Origin: Minisyncoccota bacterium
GTDB taxonomy: Bacteria > Patescibacteriota > Minisyncoccia > Phycocordibacterales > UBA1550
Reading direction: 5' to 3'
Assembly (NCBI GenBank): GCA_023229865.1
Contig: JALNYL010000001.1
Span: forward strand, 87,008-151,007
DNA length: 64,000 bases
In this document: in pieces, positions 7,401-16,351 of the stretch
Layout of the letters: every line of letters starts with the position of its first letter
Position numbering within the stretch: the first letter of the stretch is position 1
Notes under the pieces: generated by a model
What the model saw: only the letters and a program-made list of their open reading frames with translations
Database searches by the model: none
What the model was told of the DNA's origin: nothing
Translations under genes and position numbers: made by a program

Positions 7401-9588
7401 TCAATCACAAATTGTTATGGACATCTATCCGAGAGTTGGAGAATCTTGGATGATTGGTATGCGCCAGTGTTCTTATGAGCGCGTATGGACAGAAGAAGAA
7501 AAGAGACTTTTCCAAGAAATTGGGCACAGAGTTTCGGACGCACTCACTAGTCTTCTTATTTCTCGCGACTTGAAAAAAAGTGAAGAAAAATACCGCAGAA
7601 TCATTGAGACCTCAAACGAGGGTATCGCAATCCTCGACAAAGACCGCAAACTTACTTTTGTAAATACGCGATTTGCAAAGCTCCTTGGATACGAAGAGAG
7701 GGAGATGCTCGGAGAAAAATTTGATGCTTTTCTTGCCCCTTCTGACCTCGCCGATCACGAACTTCAAATGAAGGCACGCCGTGAAGGAAAGTCGAGTTTT
7801 TACGATCGACAATTTGTTCATAAAAACGGAAATATCATATGGTGTAGTGTATCAGCCACTCCTCTTTTTGATGACAAAGGAGAATTTAATGGCTCTTTCG
7901 GAATGTTTACCGACATCACCGAACGCAAGAAGGCTGAGGAAGGCCTCCAGGAACAAGAACAATATTCGCAATCCCTTCTTCGTTTCTCGCGCAAGGTTGA
8001 GCAGTCACAAATGTATGGCGAAGTACTAAAAGCGGCGCAGGAAGAAATTAAAACCGTCCTTGGATATAACAATGTGTGGGCATACCTTGTAGATGCCGAT
8101 AAAAAATATGCACATTCTATTGCAGCAGTGGGCTCTACGTCTGAAATGGTTATGTCGGAAGAGTTTTCAGCAACCCTTACTATCACAGGAGACCCCATGC
8201 TTGAAGCAATCGCCTCCGCAAAGGAGATCGTGATAGTCGCCGATGCAATGACAGACCCCAACGTGAACAGAGAGATTGTGGAGAAAATGAAGAACAGAAC
8301 AATCGTGAATGTGCCGATTATTCTCTTTGATCGCAATCTCGGGAGTGTTGGGATGGGGACCTTTGGCGACGAGGGGGTACGCGTCCCAACCCCTGACGAG
8401 GAAGATTTCTTGATTGCGATGGCAAGCCATATGGCTGTCGGTTTTGATCGTATTCGTCTCCTCGCAGAGAGAAAGAAGACTGAGGAAATACTACGCAGAA
8501 ATGAGGAGCAACTTGTAGAGGCGCAGCGCGTCGGGCACTTTGGAAGCTTCGAGTGGGACGCAAGAACTGATACTGCTATTTGGTCAAAGGAATTCTATCA
8601 TATCTACGGAGTTGATCCGTCACTCCCCGCTCCTCCTCTCCAAGACTATCTAAAACTATACACCCCAGAGAGCGCAGCTATTATGACGAAGGCCGTAGAA
8701 ACGATAGTAAAAACAGGAGAGGCATACAGCCTGGACCTAGAACAAGTGCGACCGGATGGCGCCAGAAGGTGGATACATCTTCAAGGAGAAGCGAAGTATG
8801 ACGAACAACATAATTTTATTGGGGTACGTGGGACGGCACAGGATATTACAAAAGCAAAAGAGGTAGAGCGAATGCGTGTCGACTTCCTGTCGCTTGCTTC
8901 ACACCAGCTCCGCACACCGCTTTCAGGCACCAAGTGGCTCATTGAAACACTTGAAAAAGAGCTTCCTGGACCACTTACGACAGGACAAAGAGAGTACCTC
9001 GAAGAAATCTACAAGATCAACGAGAGAATGACGCGCTTGGTTTCTGATATGCTCGTCGCGCTCCGCGTCGACAGTAGTGAATCGGTACTTGTCAAAAAAC
9101 CAATCTCTATACCACAGTTGTTTGATGACCTTATGCTGAGTGTAAAAGCGGCAGCGGCAAGCAGAAAGATCACCATCAGGAGTAGGACTTCGGAACATTC
9201 TCTCCCTCAAGTAGAGTCTGATATGAATTTCTTGAGCATTATTCTAGGGGCGCTCATGGCCAACGCCATCAACTACTCCCCAGAGGGCGCGGAAATTGTG
9301 TTTGACGTAAACGAAGAAGAAAATGGTGCAGTGCTCAGTGTGCAGGATTTTGGGATCGGAATTCCTCAAGAAGAACAAGCTCATATATTTGAGCGCTTCT
9401 TCCGTGCTGTTAACGCAAAAATGATACGCCCAGAAGGTACGGGGCTTGGATTATATATCGCCAAAATGATTGCTGAAAAATTGGGCGGCACAGTGACATT
9501 TACCTCAGAACCAGGGAAAGGTTCCACCTTCTCTCTTCATATCCCCAACCATAACGCCACGGTCAAAGCAGAGGCTCCCACACAATAA
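4405..9588 (+). CDS. Giant multi-sensor histidine kinase: signal peptide, periplasmic solute-binding (SBP family 3-like) domain, TM, multiple PAS and GAF domains, HisKA, HATPase_c
   Basis: Start moved to MYTSTHKTKIKLFAIIFPVLFF (signal-peptide-like). A periplasmic amino-acid-binding-like region is followed by a TM helix (IYLITSVTLGGLLLVTIIWVIAI). Repeated PAS/PAC blocks carry DITERKKAE linkers. H-box LASHQLRTPLSGTKWLIETL; G-box GTGLGLYIAKMIAEKLGG..GKGSTF. Confidence 0.85.
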   Translation, partial: NYPMYTSTHKTKIKLFAIIFPVLFFVLLNVQTIHAQEVATSTEKTSVLFLGNKNLAPVISLNRETPNGVAIDIVRAVSQYISLPVDIQTADWAEAQKLVAEGGADALIQINPTEERRKIYDFSGPLLETHISVFTRTAQGVQNIESLHNLRVGVEAGGLPEQLLKEHPGVLNHSEITLVFIENFLDGFNLLKNDSLDAVVVDERVGKYILATNNIRGIKISGDPIYSSYSAIAVKKGNELLLNEINEGLQKIKADGTYQKILDSWSAQDVIFQTQEEATQEIYLITSVTLGGLLLVTIIWVIAIKIQIGKRRSLEKHEAEIQKELQRKDVNLHQSMETARDGVIVMGADGTVTFWNKAAEQIFGYTKEEAIGRDLHRLIASPEDQAVFKERFHKFLATGDGPIVNVVRELTAIRKNGEQFPVELSVSASKIDSGWIATGIVRDISERKKAENELKATTKNLNDAQRVARIGSWELDIKTNKLIWSNEIFEIFEIDQTKFGATYEAFLDAVHPEDKDAVSQAYTNSLKTKESYSIDHRLLMKDGRIKYVHEECTTHYASDGTPLRSVGTVQDITERKKAELDISKKSRALRMLSDTNNALIHADNEKELLDQVCEIMTKEGGYRLVWIGGIEHDQNMTIRPMAQVGFEDGYLESLNWSWGDTDRGQGPEGVAARTNAPIIVHNIATDPKTFLWHEDAKERGYQSLGVFPIADDKGAFAVMGIYAGEPTAFSEDEIEILKEMTDDLAFGITTLHERKEHELAEEKFTATFHASPDAMIIVRLSDNKILDVNEAFSQILGYAHDDVVGGSTNDFPVWVDSADRSTFEKTIAEKGTISGFETPMRKKDGGVIESLGSARTIDINGEKCILSTIHDITERNRTEKQRLANLKFIENTNKINQVIQKSTDFEQTMSSVLDAMLSIFGSDRAWLITPCDPWSLHYRVPMERSRPEYPGASVSGMDVPVDPDTTILFQKTRATDGPVVFNSETDPPLPPEITKHFQVQSQIVMDIYPRVGESWMIGMRQCSYERVWTEEEKRLFQEIGHRVSDALTSLLISRDLKKSEEKYRRIIETSNEGIAILDKDRKLTFVNTRFAKLLGYEEREMLGEKFDAFLAPSDLADHELQMKARREGKSSFYDRQFVHKNGNIIWCSVSATPLFDDKGEFNGSFGMFTDITERKKAEEGLQEQEQYSQSLLRFSRKVEQSQMYGEVLKAAQEEIKTVLGYNNVWAYLVDADKKYAHSIAAVGSTSEMVMSEEFSATLTITGDPMLEAIASAKEIVIVADAMTDPNVNREIVEKMKNRTIVNVPIILFDRNLGSVGMGTFGDEGVRVPTPDEEDFLIAMASHMAVGFDRIRLLAERKKTEEILRRNEEQLVEAQRVGHFGSFEWDARTDTAIWSKEFYHIYGVDPSLPAPPLQDYLKLYTPESAAIMTKAVETIVKTGEAYSLDLEQVRPDGARRWIHLQGEAKYDEQHNFIGVRGTAQDITKAKEVERMRVDFLSLASHQLRTPLSGTKWLIETLEKELPGPLTTGQREYLEEIYKINERMTRLVSDMLVALRVDSSESVLVKKPISIPQLFDDLMLSVKAAAASRKITIRSRTSEHSLPQVESDMNFLSIILGALMANAINYSPEGAEIVFDVNEEENGAVLSVQDFGIGIPQEEQAHIFERFFRAVNAKMIRPEGTGLGLYIAKMIAEKLGGTVTFTSEPGKGSTFSLHIPNHNATVKAEAPTQ

Positions 9589-9596
9589 TCCAAAAC

Positions 9597-11333
9597 ATGA
9601 AAACTTCATATCATAAACTAAAGAACTTTATAAACACACCATTCGGGGTTATCCTCCTTGTGGCGGCGGTTGTGTTTGGGGTTGAAGTTCTTGTTATGGA
9701 GTTTCTCTTTGTCTTTGTCCCCGTGATTCAAGCGAGTGTCCCCCCTATCGCTTTCAACTTTCTCGACGCGGTGATTCTCACCCTCGCCGTCTCCCCTGCT
9801 CTCTATTTCTTGATTTACCAGAGAATCCACGCGGACGCAGAGAAGCTCCGCAAAATCACAGAATCTGCGCAGGATGCAATCATCGTGATGGATAATCACG
9901 GACGTGTGTCCTTCTGGAATGAGGCAGCTGAAACAATTTTTGGTTACACAAAAACCGAAGCAATCGGGAAAGAACTTCATAAACTCATCGCACCCGAAAA
10001 ATCACTCAATGCATTCAATCATAACTTCAAAGGCTTCCAAGAGACTGGTGAGGGCCCAATACTTGAATCAGTGCGTGAGGTTATGGCGCTTCGCAAGGGT
10101 GGCGAGGAATTCCCCGCCGAGCTCGCCGTTTCTGCTCTCCCTATCAATGGAACCTGGCACTCAGTGGGAATTGTGCGCGATATAACAGCACGAAAGAAGC
10201 GAGAGAATCTTCTTCGTGAACGCGAGCGAGAACTCACAGAGGTCAATGAATATCTCCGAAACAAAGAAGCCAAGGAGCAAGCTCTTCTTGCAAGCCTTGG
10301 CGAAGGGATGATTTCAACAGAGATCGGGGGAGAAATAATCACGATAAACCGTGTTGCGGAGGAGATGCTTGGATGGAAAGAAGCAGAGCTTGTGGGGAAA
10401 AAACTTATTGAGGCAATCCCCGCAATATCAGAAACAGGAAACATTATTCCTCCAGAAAATAGAGTCTGTCTCAATGTGACCGCAGGTGCGTGTGTTGGCC
10501 CCCTCACTGACGATACGAGTGCATTTGTAAAAAAGAATGGAGAGTCTGTCCCTGTCGCCATCACCACGACGCCGGTCATTATTGGCGGAAAGTGTAGCGG
10601 CGCTGTTATCATTTTCCGTGATATCACCAACGAGAAAGAGCTCGAGAAAACACGCCGTGACCTCCTCTCTCTCGCCTCTCACCAGCTTCGCACTCCACTC
10701 TCGGGCACCAAGTGGCTTATCGAGACATTGCAGCGCGAAATTCACGGTACCCTTACAGAAAAACAAGGAGAATACTTAACTCAGATTTATAAGATTAATG
10801 AACGAATGACAAACCTTGTTCACGATATGCTCGGCGTGCTTCGTATGGAGGGCGATATCAACCCAGCAAAGATAGAGCCAGTTTCCATACAAACACTCTT
10901 TGGGGTCATCACAGAGACACTTGGGAACGTAGCAAAAGAGAAAAATATTACTCTTGAAATTTCCAAGACCGCAGAGTCTTCGATCGACACCGATTCGCTC
11001 CTCTTGCGCAATATTCTTGAATGCCTCATATCTAACGCAATCAATTACTCAAACGAAGGGGGGGCTGTTTTGGTAGAGACAAAACGAGACGGTGCGGATA
11101 TTGTTTTTTCAGTAAAAGATTCTGGGATTGGTATCCCTGCTGATGAACAGCGACAAATCTTCCAGAGATTTTATCGCGCAACGAACGCAAAAACATTCGA
11201 CACCAAAGGGACGGGGCTCGGGCTCTATATTGCCGCGACGCTCGCAAAGAAAATCGGGGCTAAACTCACCTTTGAATCTGCGGAGGACGCGGGGACTACA
11301 TTCTTCCTACGTCTCCCCGCTTCTGCAAAATAG
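9597..11333 (+). CDS. Membrane sensor histidine kinase (2 TM, 2 PAS, HisKA, HATPase_c), paralogous to the C-terminal half of the upstream kinase
   Basis: The H-box region LASHQLRTPLSGTKWLIETLQRE..YLTQIYKINERMTNLV is about 75% identical to that of 4405..9588. Its first PAS is also paralogous (..VSFWNEAAETIFGYTKTEAIGKELHKLIA..). G-box GTGLGLYIAATLAKKIG. Confidence 0.85.
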   Translation: MKTSYHKLKNFINTPFGVILLVAAVVFGVEVLVMEFLFVFVPVIQASVPPIAFNFLDAVILTLAVSPALYFLIYQRIHADAEKLRKITESAQDAIIVMDNHGRVSFWNEAAETIFGYTKTEAIGKELHKLIAPEKSLNAFNHNFKGFQETGEGPILESVREVMALRKGGEEFPAELAVSALPINGTWHSVGIVRDITARKKRENLLRERERELTEVNEYLRNKEAKEQALLASLGEGMISTEIGGEIITINRVAEEMLGWKEAELVGKKLIEAIPAISETGNIIPPENRVCLNVTAGACVGPLTDDTSAFVKKNGESVPVAITTTPVIIGGKCSGAVIIFRDITNEKELEKTRRDLLSLASHQLRTPLSGTKWLIETLQREIHGTLTEKQGEYLTQIYKINERMTNLVHDMLGVLRMEGDINPAKIEPVSIQTLFGVITETLGNVAKEKNITLEISKTAESSIDTDSLLLRNILECLISNAINYSNEGGAVLVETKRDGADIVFSVKDSGIGIPADEQRQIFQRFYRATNAKTFDTKGTGLGLYIAATLAKKIGAKLTFESAEDAGTTFFLRLPASAK

Positions 11334-11372
11334 GTATTGCCAGAAAAATACGCTCCTGTATAATGAATCTAT

Positions 11373-11765
11373 ATGAACCATGTATTAATTGTAGAAGATG
11401 AAGATTTCCTCGTTCGCGCACTCAAGGATAACCTCGTTTCTGAGGGGCACAGCGTCGCGGTCGCTATGGATGGCGAAGCAGTATTTGATGAGCTTAAAAA
11501 GAAGAAGCCCAATCTTATTTTGCTCGACCTTCTCCTCCCTAAGAAAAATGGGTTTGATGTTTTGAAGGAGATTCGCCAGAGCCCTGAGTGGCAGCTCATC
11601 CCGGTAGTCATCCTCTCAAACCTTGGTGAAGACTCAGAAATAAAAAAAGCTCTTGAACTCGGCGCCAATGACTACTTCGTAAAGTCACAGCATCCTATTC
11701 AGGAAGTTATCGAAAAAGTTCGTGAGTATCTCGAAGGAAAGGGGTCAACAAAGGTAGGGCTGTAA
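11373..11765 (+). CDS. Stand-alone response-regulator receiver domain (CheY-like, no output domain)
   Basis: VLIVEDEDF..LILLDLLLPKKNGFDVL..DYFVK. The Asp pocket, phospho-Asp and Lys positions are conserved, and the product is 130 aa. Confidence 0.85.
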   Translation: MNHVLIVEDEDFLVRALKDNLVSEGHSVAVAMDGEAVFDELKKKKPNLILLDLLLPKKNGFDVLKEIRQSPEWQLIPVVILSNLGEDSEIKKALELGANDYFVKSQHPIQEVIEKVREYLEGKGSTKVGL

Positions 11766-11773
11766 GGAGAACA

Positions 11774-11827
11774 AGAAAGAGGACACGTCGACTTTGTCGA
11801 CGTGTCCTCTTTCTTTTGCCTTTTTTC
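11774..11827 (+). terminator. Strong intrinsic terminator ending the kinase-kinase-receiver operon
   Basis: A 20-bp perfect stem, AAGAAAGAGGACACGTCGAC tttg GTCGACGTGTCCTCTTTCTT, followed by ttgcctttttt. Confidence 0.8.
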
Positions 11828-11946
11828 CCTTGTGCATACAAGCAAATTCACGGTATATAGATTACTACATACCGTCGGCACTCGGACGTTGTGCAAGAGT
11901 AATCTCTTGCACGCGCTCCTCGTTTGACGGTATAATCATCTTATAA

Positions 11947-14900
11947 ATGTCTGTGATTTTCTCAAAGCCTGTAAAAGTATTTTTTATCATAACACTCACA
12001 TTGTTTGCAGTTTTCTTTAGCCAGAATATTGCTCTCGCAGCCGTCGCTCACGACGTTGCGAGCGAGAGTCACGCAGGCACCACAGGCTCAACCAATCAAT
12101 CTTCTTTTTCTTGGACCCACACACCCTCAGGGACCCCGCGTGGCGTACTTGTATTCGTTCATACAGTTAACGACATTAAGAGAGTGACGGGCGTAACCTA
12201 CGGCGGAGTAACAATGACAGAAATAGCAGGCGGCGCAGCAGTAGATGCTAATGGCGAACAAGGCCGCATTGATACATTCTTTCTTGGTACAAGTATCCCC
12301 ACAGGAGCACAGACAATCGTTGTCAGTAGGACAAATAACGGCGATGAGATGTACGCTTCTGCTTCTACACAAACCGCACTTGCCAATACTGAAATCTACA
12401 CCGCAGGAATTGTCCTCCTCCAAGAAAGTGGATCATACACAGTTCAGTCTGTCACGGACGGGAGCACGGGGTCAAATAGTCTTCGCTATGCTTCAGGATA
12501 CTATGGAGGGAATAACGCACTTTCCGCAGGGACAGGAAGCACTGTGCTCAACAGTATCGACTACGGGAGCCAGACAAGCACAACAGCGCGAGAAACAACT
12601 GCTGGGCAAGGAGCACGTAACGTTGGTTTCACTTCAACATCAGATGACCGAGCAGGTGTTCATCTCGCCGTCCGTGAAATCCCCGCTGTCCCCACCGTCA
12701 CCACCCCTACCGCGACTTCCATCACAACATCAGGGGCAACACTCGGCGCCAATGTCACATCGCTTGGCATCCCCGCATCAATCTCTGCACGTGGTACATG
12801 TTGGGGTACATCACCAAGTCCTGTGACTAATTGCTCCGCTGAGGGCGGAACAACAACAGGAGTCTTCACTCACGCACGTACAGGAATGAACTCGAATACA
12901 CTCTACTACTACCGCGGGTATGCGACAAATAGTACAGGGACGGGTTACTCAGCTGACGGGACGTTCACAACACTTGCTATTACGGGATCAGTATCTGCTT
13001 CCCCTTCGACCTGCACCATTTCATCTGGCGCAAGTACATGTACCGTGCCGTTCACATGGAGCATCACCAATGCATCTTCTCCAAATCTCTATAATGCAAC
13101 CACGGCAACAACATACTCGACATCAGCATCAGGGACAGGAGTTTCGTTTGCTATTACCAATGGATCAAACACGGTGCAGGCACGCAACAGCAGTACAATA
13201 CTTGCGTCTACTTCGGTGACGGGTAGTTGTACTCTAGGGACTTCATGGAACGGGAGTATATGTGCAGCAACCCCCGCTGTCCCCACCGTCACCACTCCTA
13301 CCGCAACCTCCATTACTACATCGGGGGCAACACTTGGCGCAAACGTAACTTCCCTCGGTGTCCCTGCGTCAATCTCTGCACGTGGTACATGTTGGGGGAC
13401 ATCACCAAGTCCTACTACGAATTGTGTTGCGGAAGGTGGTACCACGACGGGAGTCTTTACCCACGCACGTACAGGAATGAGCCCTAGTACGCTGTATTAC
13501 TATCGTGGCTACGCAACAAATAGTACAGGAACTGGTTACTCGACTGACGGGACGTTTACCACTGCAGCTCCCCCTGCAAGCGGGACTGTTTCTGCTTCGC
13601 CAACTTCCTGTACTATCTCGTCAGGATCAAGCACCTGCAATATTCCGTTTACTTGGAGTATTTCAAATGCCACTTCTCCCAACCTTTACAATGCGACAAC
13701 CGCAAATCAATACTCAACATCAGCATCAGGAACAAACGTCTCTTTCCCTATAACCAACGGATCAAACACGGTACAAGCGCGTGACAGCAGTACGGTACTT
13801 GCATCTACTTCGGTGACGGGTAGCTGCACTCTAGGGACGTCATGGAACGGAAGTGTGTGTTCTCCAAACCCAGTCACAACGATCGCCGACGGAAGCAATC
13901 CTTCAAATACAACTCTCGCCCCTAGTGGAGCAGTGACAGATCTTGATGTCTTTACCCTCACCACAAGCACGGGGAGCGACACCGTAACCGCGCTCACGGT
14001 GACATTGGTCCCTACCGGTGCATTCAATAACATTGCTCAAGTCGATCTCACTGACAACAGCAATCTCGCACGCTGTACTGCAGTGACAAACCCAGGAAGC
14101 AACACAATTTCTTTTTCATCATGTAACTCAAACGGTGGTGTCACCGTCACAACAAGTGCGACAACGTACAAGGTACGCATCACACCAAAAACTCACGCCA
14201 ACATGCCCGCCCCCGCATCGGGAGCAAGCTATGCGACGACCGGCACCGTGACTTCATTTACAAGCACCAACACGCAAGCAGGGACAGACTCTGGTAGTGC
14301 GACGATAACCATCGACAACCTCTCCCCTGCTAATGTCACGAGCGCAAGCGGGAGCGCAGGAGACGCGCAAGTAACCACAAACTGGACAAATCCCGTTGAT
14401 GCGGATTTTCATAGTACAATCGTCCTCCGCCGCGCAGGGACGGCCGTATCTGATACCCCTACAGAAGGAGCAACGTACACAAATGGAAGCACGATTGGCG
14501 CATCAACCGTCGCCTGCGTAGTTTCTTCTCCGACGGCAACCTGTGTTGATGGTAGTCTTACCAATGGTACTGCCTATCATTACAAGCTTTTTAGTAAAGA
14601 TTCCAACGGCAACTATGCTTCAAGCGGAGCAGTACCAACAGGGTCACCATTTACTCCATCAATCACAACGTTTACCATCACCGCAAGCGCGGGGGCAAAT
14701 GGAACCGTAACACCATCAGGAGCAACCGTTGTCGCGCAAGGGAGCTCGCAGCTTTACAATATCACCCCCAACTCGGGATACAATATCGCAACGCTCGTTG
14801 TTGATGGATCTTCTATTGCAACATCGACCACGTACACGTTTAACAACGTTCAACAAAACCACACCATCAGTGCGACATTCGCTCTCATCCCTGTTATTAC

Positions 14901-16350
14901 CTACACCATCACTTCCTCCGCAGGGGCAAATGGTGCGATCTCTCCTTCTGGTGCGACCGTGGTAAACCAAGGAGCAAACCAGTCATACGACCTTACCCCC
15001 GACTCGGGATACAACGTCGACACCCTTACGGTAGACGGTAGCCCTGCGGCAACCTCGACGCCATACACCTTTACCAACGTACAAGCCGATCACACTATCA
15101 GTGTCACCTTTATTGCTATCGTCGTTCCCCCGGGATCATTCATCATCAACGCTACCGCAGGCGCAGGCGGAACGATCAACCCCCTCGGCTCAACACTCGT
15201 GACGCAGGGGACAAATCAGTTATACACTATCACTCCTGATTCAGGATACAATATCGCGACACTTACCGTTGACTCTGTCTCAGTAGCGACATCAACAAGC
15301 TACACCTTTACTAACGTACAAACGACCCACACTATCGACGCTACGTTCGTCGCCATTCCTCCCCCACCAGGATCATTCAATATCACCGCAAGCACAGGAG
15401 CAAACGGATCGATAACCCCGTCAGGTATCACCGCAGTAACGCAAGGTGCTTCACAAGCCTACACGATTACTCCCGATTCGGGATACGATATCGCAACGCT
15501 CGTGATTGACGGCTCGTCGGTCGCGACATCAACAAGCTACACCTTTACCAACGTACAGGCAGCACATACCATCAGCGCGACATTCGTAGCGATTTCAGGG
15601 ACATCGTCGACTCCGGAGTCAGGAGCTTCTCGCCCAACGACTATTACTTTTTTTGGGAAAGCCTTCGCGGGAGGCAAAGTCTCCATCGCAAACAAACTCT
15701 TGAGCACACAAAGCCTCATAGGACAAGAAGTAACCCCGGGCACTGATGGCTCATTCCGCATTTCATTTGTGGGGATCCTTCAGGGACTTCAAAGTTTTGG
15801 ACTCATTGCAAAAGATAAAAATGGCCACACGTCGCAGACAAAGTTTTTCTTTTTTGACACAACATCAGAAGGATTTGTTGAAAAAGAATTATTGCTCCCC
15901 CCAACGATTGATATCCTTTCTGGGCAAGTAACTCGTGGAAAGAGTGCGACCGTAGTCGGTTTTGCGTCTCCCAACAATAGCGTTGCCCTCTATATAGATG
16001 ATATACTAATACAAGAGGTGCTCGCGGAAAAAGATGGCTCCTATACATTTGGAGCCATCACCGGAGCTCTTAGTTTTGGGCAACACAACGTCAAGGCAAA
16101 ACAAATAAACAAAACTTCAAAAACAGAAAGTGATTTTTCAACAACGCGAACATTCATCGTTTCGCAACTCACCATCACAAAAGCAGACTTCTCGGGGGAC
16201 GGCAAGATAGATATCAAAGACTGGAGCATCTTCCTCTCTCGTTGGATATCAAAAAACCCACTCGAGAGGGAGAGTATCGACATTACGGGGGACGGAAAAG
16301 TCGATATATCAGATTTCAGTATTTTCATTAAAACCATAAGAAAAAAATAA
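11947..16350 (+). CDS. Giant secreted surface protein (1,467 aa): signal peptide, tandem FN3-like/Ig-like modules, four ~83-aa InlB-B-repeat-like beta repeats, C-terminal dockerin (type I-like)
   Basis: Signal peptide MSVIFSKPVKVFFIITLTLFAVFFSQNIALA. A ~200-aa module is duplicated in tandem (PAVPTVTTPTATSITTSGATLGANVTSLG..YYYRGYATNSTGTGYS). Four repeats begin ITASAGANGTVTPSGATVV..YNITP.SGYNIATL.VDG. The C-terminus DFSGDGKIDIKDWSIFLSRWI..DITGDGKVDISDFSIFIKTI forms two calcium-loop dockerin segments. Confidence 0.8.
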   Translation: MSVIFSKPVKVFFIITLTLFAVFFSQNIALAAVAHDVASESHAGTTGSTNQSSFSWTHTPSGTPRGVLVFVHTVNDIKRVTGVTYGGVTMTEIAGGAAVDANGEQGRIDTFFLGTSIPTGAQTIVVSRTNNGDEMYASASTQTALANTEIYTAGIVLLQESGSYTVQSVTDGSTGSNSLRYASGYYGGNNALSAGTGSTVLNSIDYGSQTSTTARETTAGQGARNVGFTSTSDDRAGVHLAVREIPAVPTVTTPTATSITTSGATLGANVTSLGIPASISARGTCWGTSPSPVTNCSAEGGTTTGVFTHARTGMNSNTLYYYRGYATNSTGTGYSADGTFTTLAITGSVSASPSTCTISSGASTCTVPFTWSITNASSPNLYNATTATTYSTSASGTGVSFAITNGSNTVQARNSSTILASTSVTGSCTLGTSWNGSICAATPAVPTVTTPTATSITTSGATLGANVTSLGVPASISARGTCWGTSPSPTTNCVAEGGTTTGVFTHARTGMSPSTLYYYRGYATNSTGTGYSTDGTFTTAAPPASGTVSASPTSCTISSGSSTCNIPFTWSISNATSPNLYNATTANQYSTSASGTNVSFPITNGSNTVQARDSSTVLASTSVTGSCTLGTSWNGSVCSPNPVTTIADGSNPSNTTLAPSGAVTDLDVFTLTTSTGSDTVTALTVTLVPTGAFNNIAQVDLTDNSNLARCTAVTNPGSNTISFSSCNSNGGVTVTTSATTYKVRITPKTHANMPAPASGASYATTGTVTSFTSTNTQAGTDSGSATITIDNLSPANVTSASGSAGDAQVTTNWTNPVDADFHSTIVLRRAGTAVSDTPTEGATYTNGSTIGASTVACVVSSPTATCVDGSLTNGTAYHYKLFSKDSNGNYASSGAVPTGSPFTPSITTFTITASAGANGTVTPSGATVVAQGSSQLYNITPNSGYNIATLVVDGSSIATSTTYTFNNVQQNHTISATFALIPVITYTITSSAGANGAISPSGATVVNQGANQSYDLTPDSGYNVDTLTVDGSPAATSTPYTFTNVQADHTISVTFIAIVVPPGSFIINATAGAGGTINPLGSTLVTQGTNQLYTITPDSGYNIATLTVDSVSVATSTSYTFTNVQTTHTIDATFVAIPPPPGSFNITASTGANGSITPSGITAVTQGASQAYTITPDSGYDIATLVIDGSSVATSTSYTFTNVQAAHTISATFVAISGTSSTPESGASRPTTITFFGKAFAGGKVSIANKLLSTQSLIGQEVTPGTDGSFRISFVGILQGLQSFGLIAKDKNGHTSQTKFFFFDTTSEGFVEKELLLPPTIDILSGQVTRGKSATVVGFASPNNSVALYIDDILIQEVLAEKDGSYTFGAITGALSFGQHNVKAKQINKTSKTESDFSTTRTFIVSQLTITKADFSGDGKIDIKDWSIFLSRWISKNPLERESIDITGDGKVDISDFSIFIKTIRKK

Positions 16351-16351
16351 C

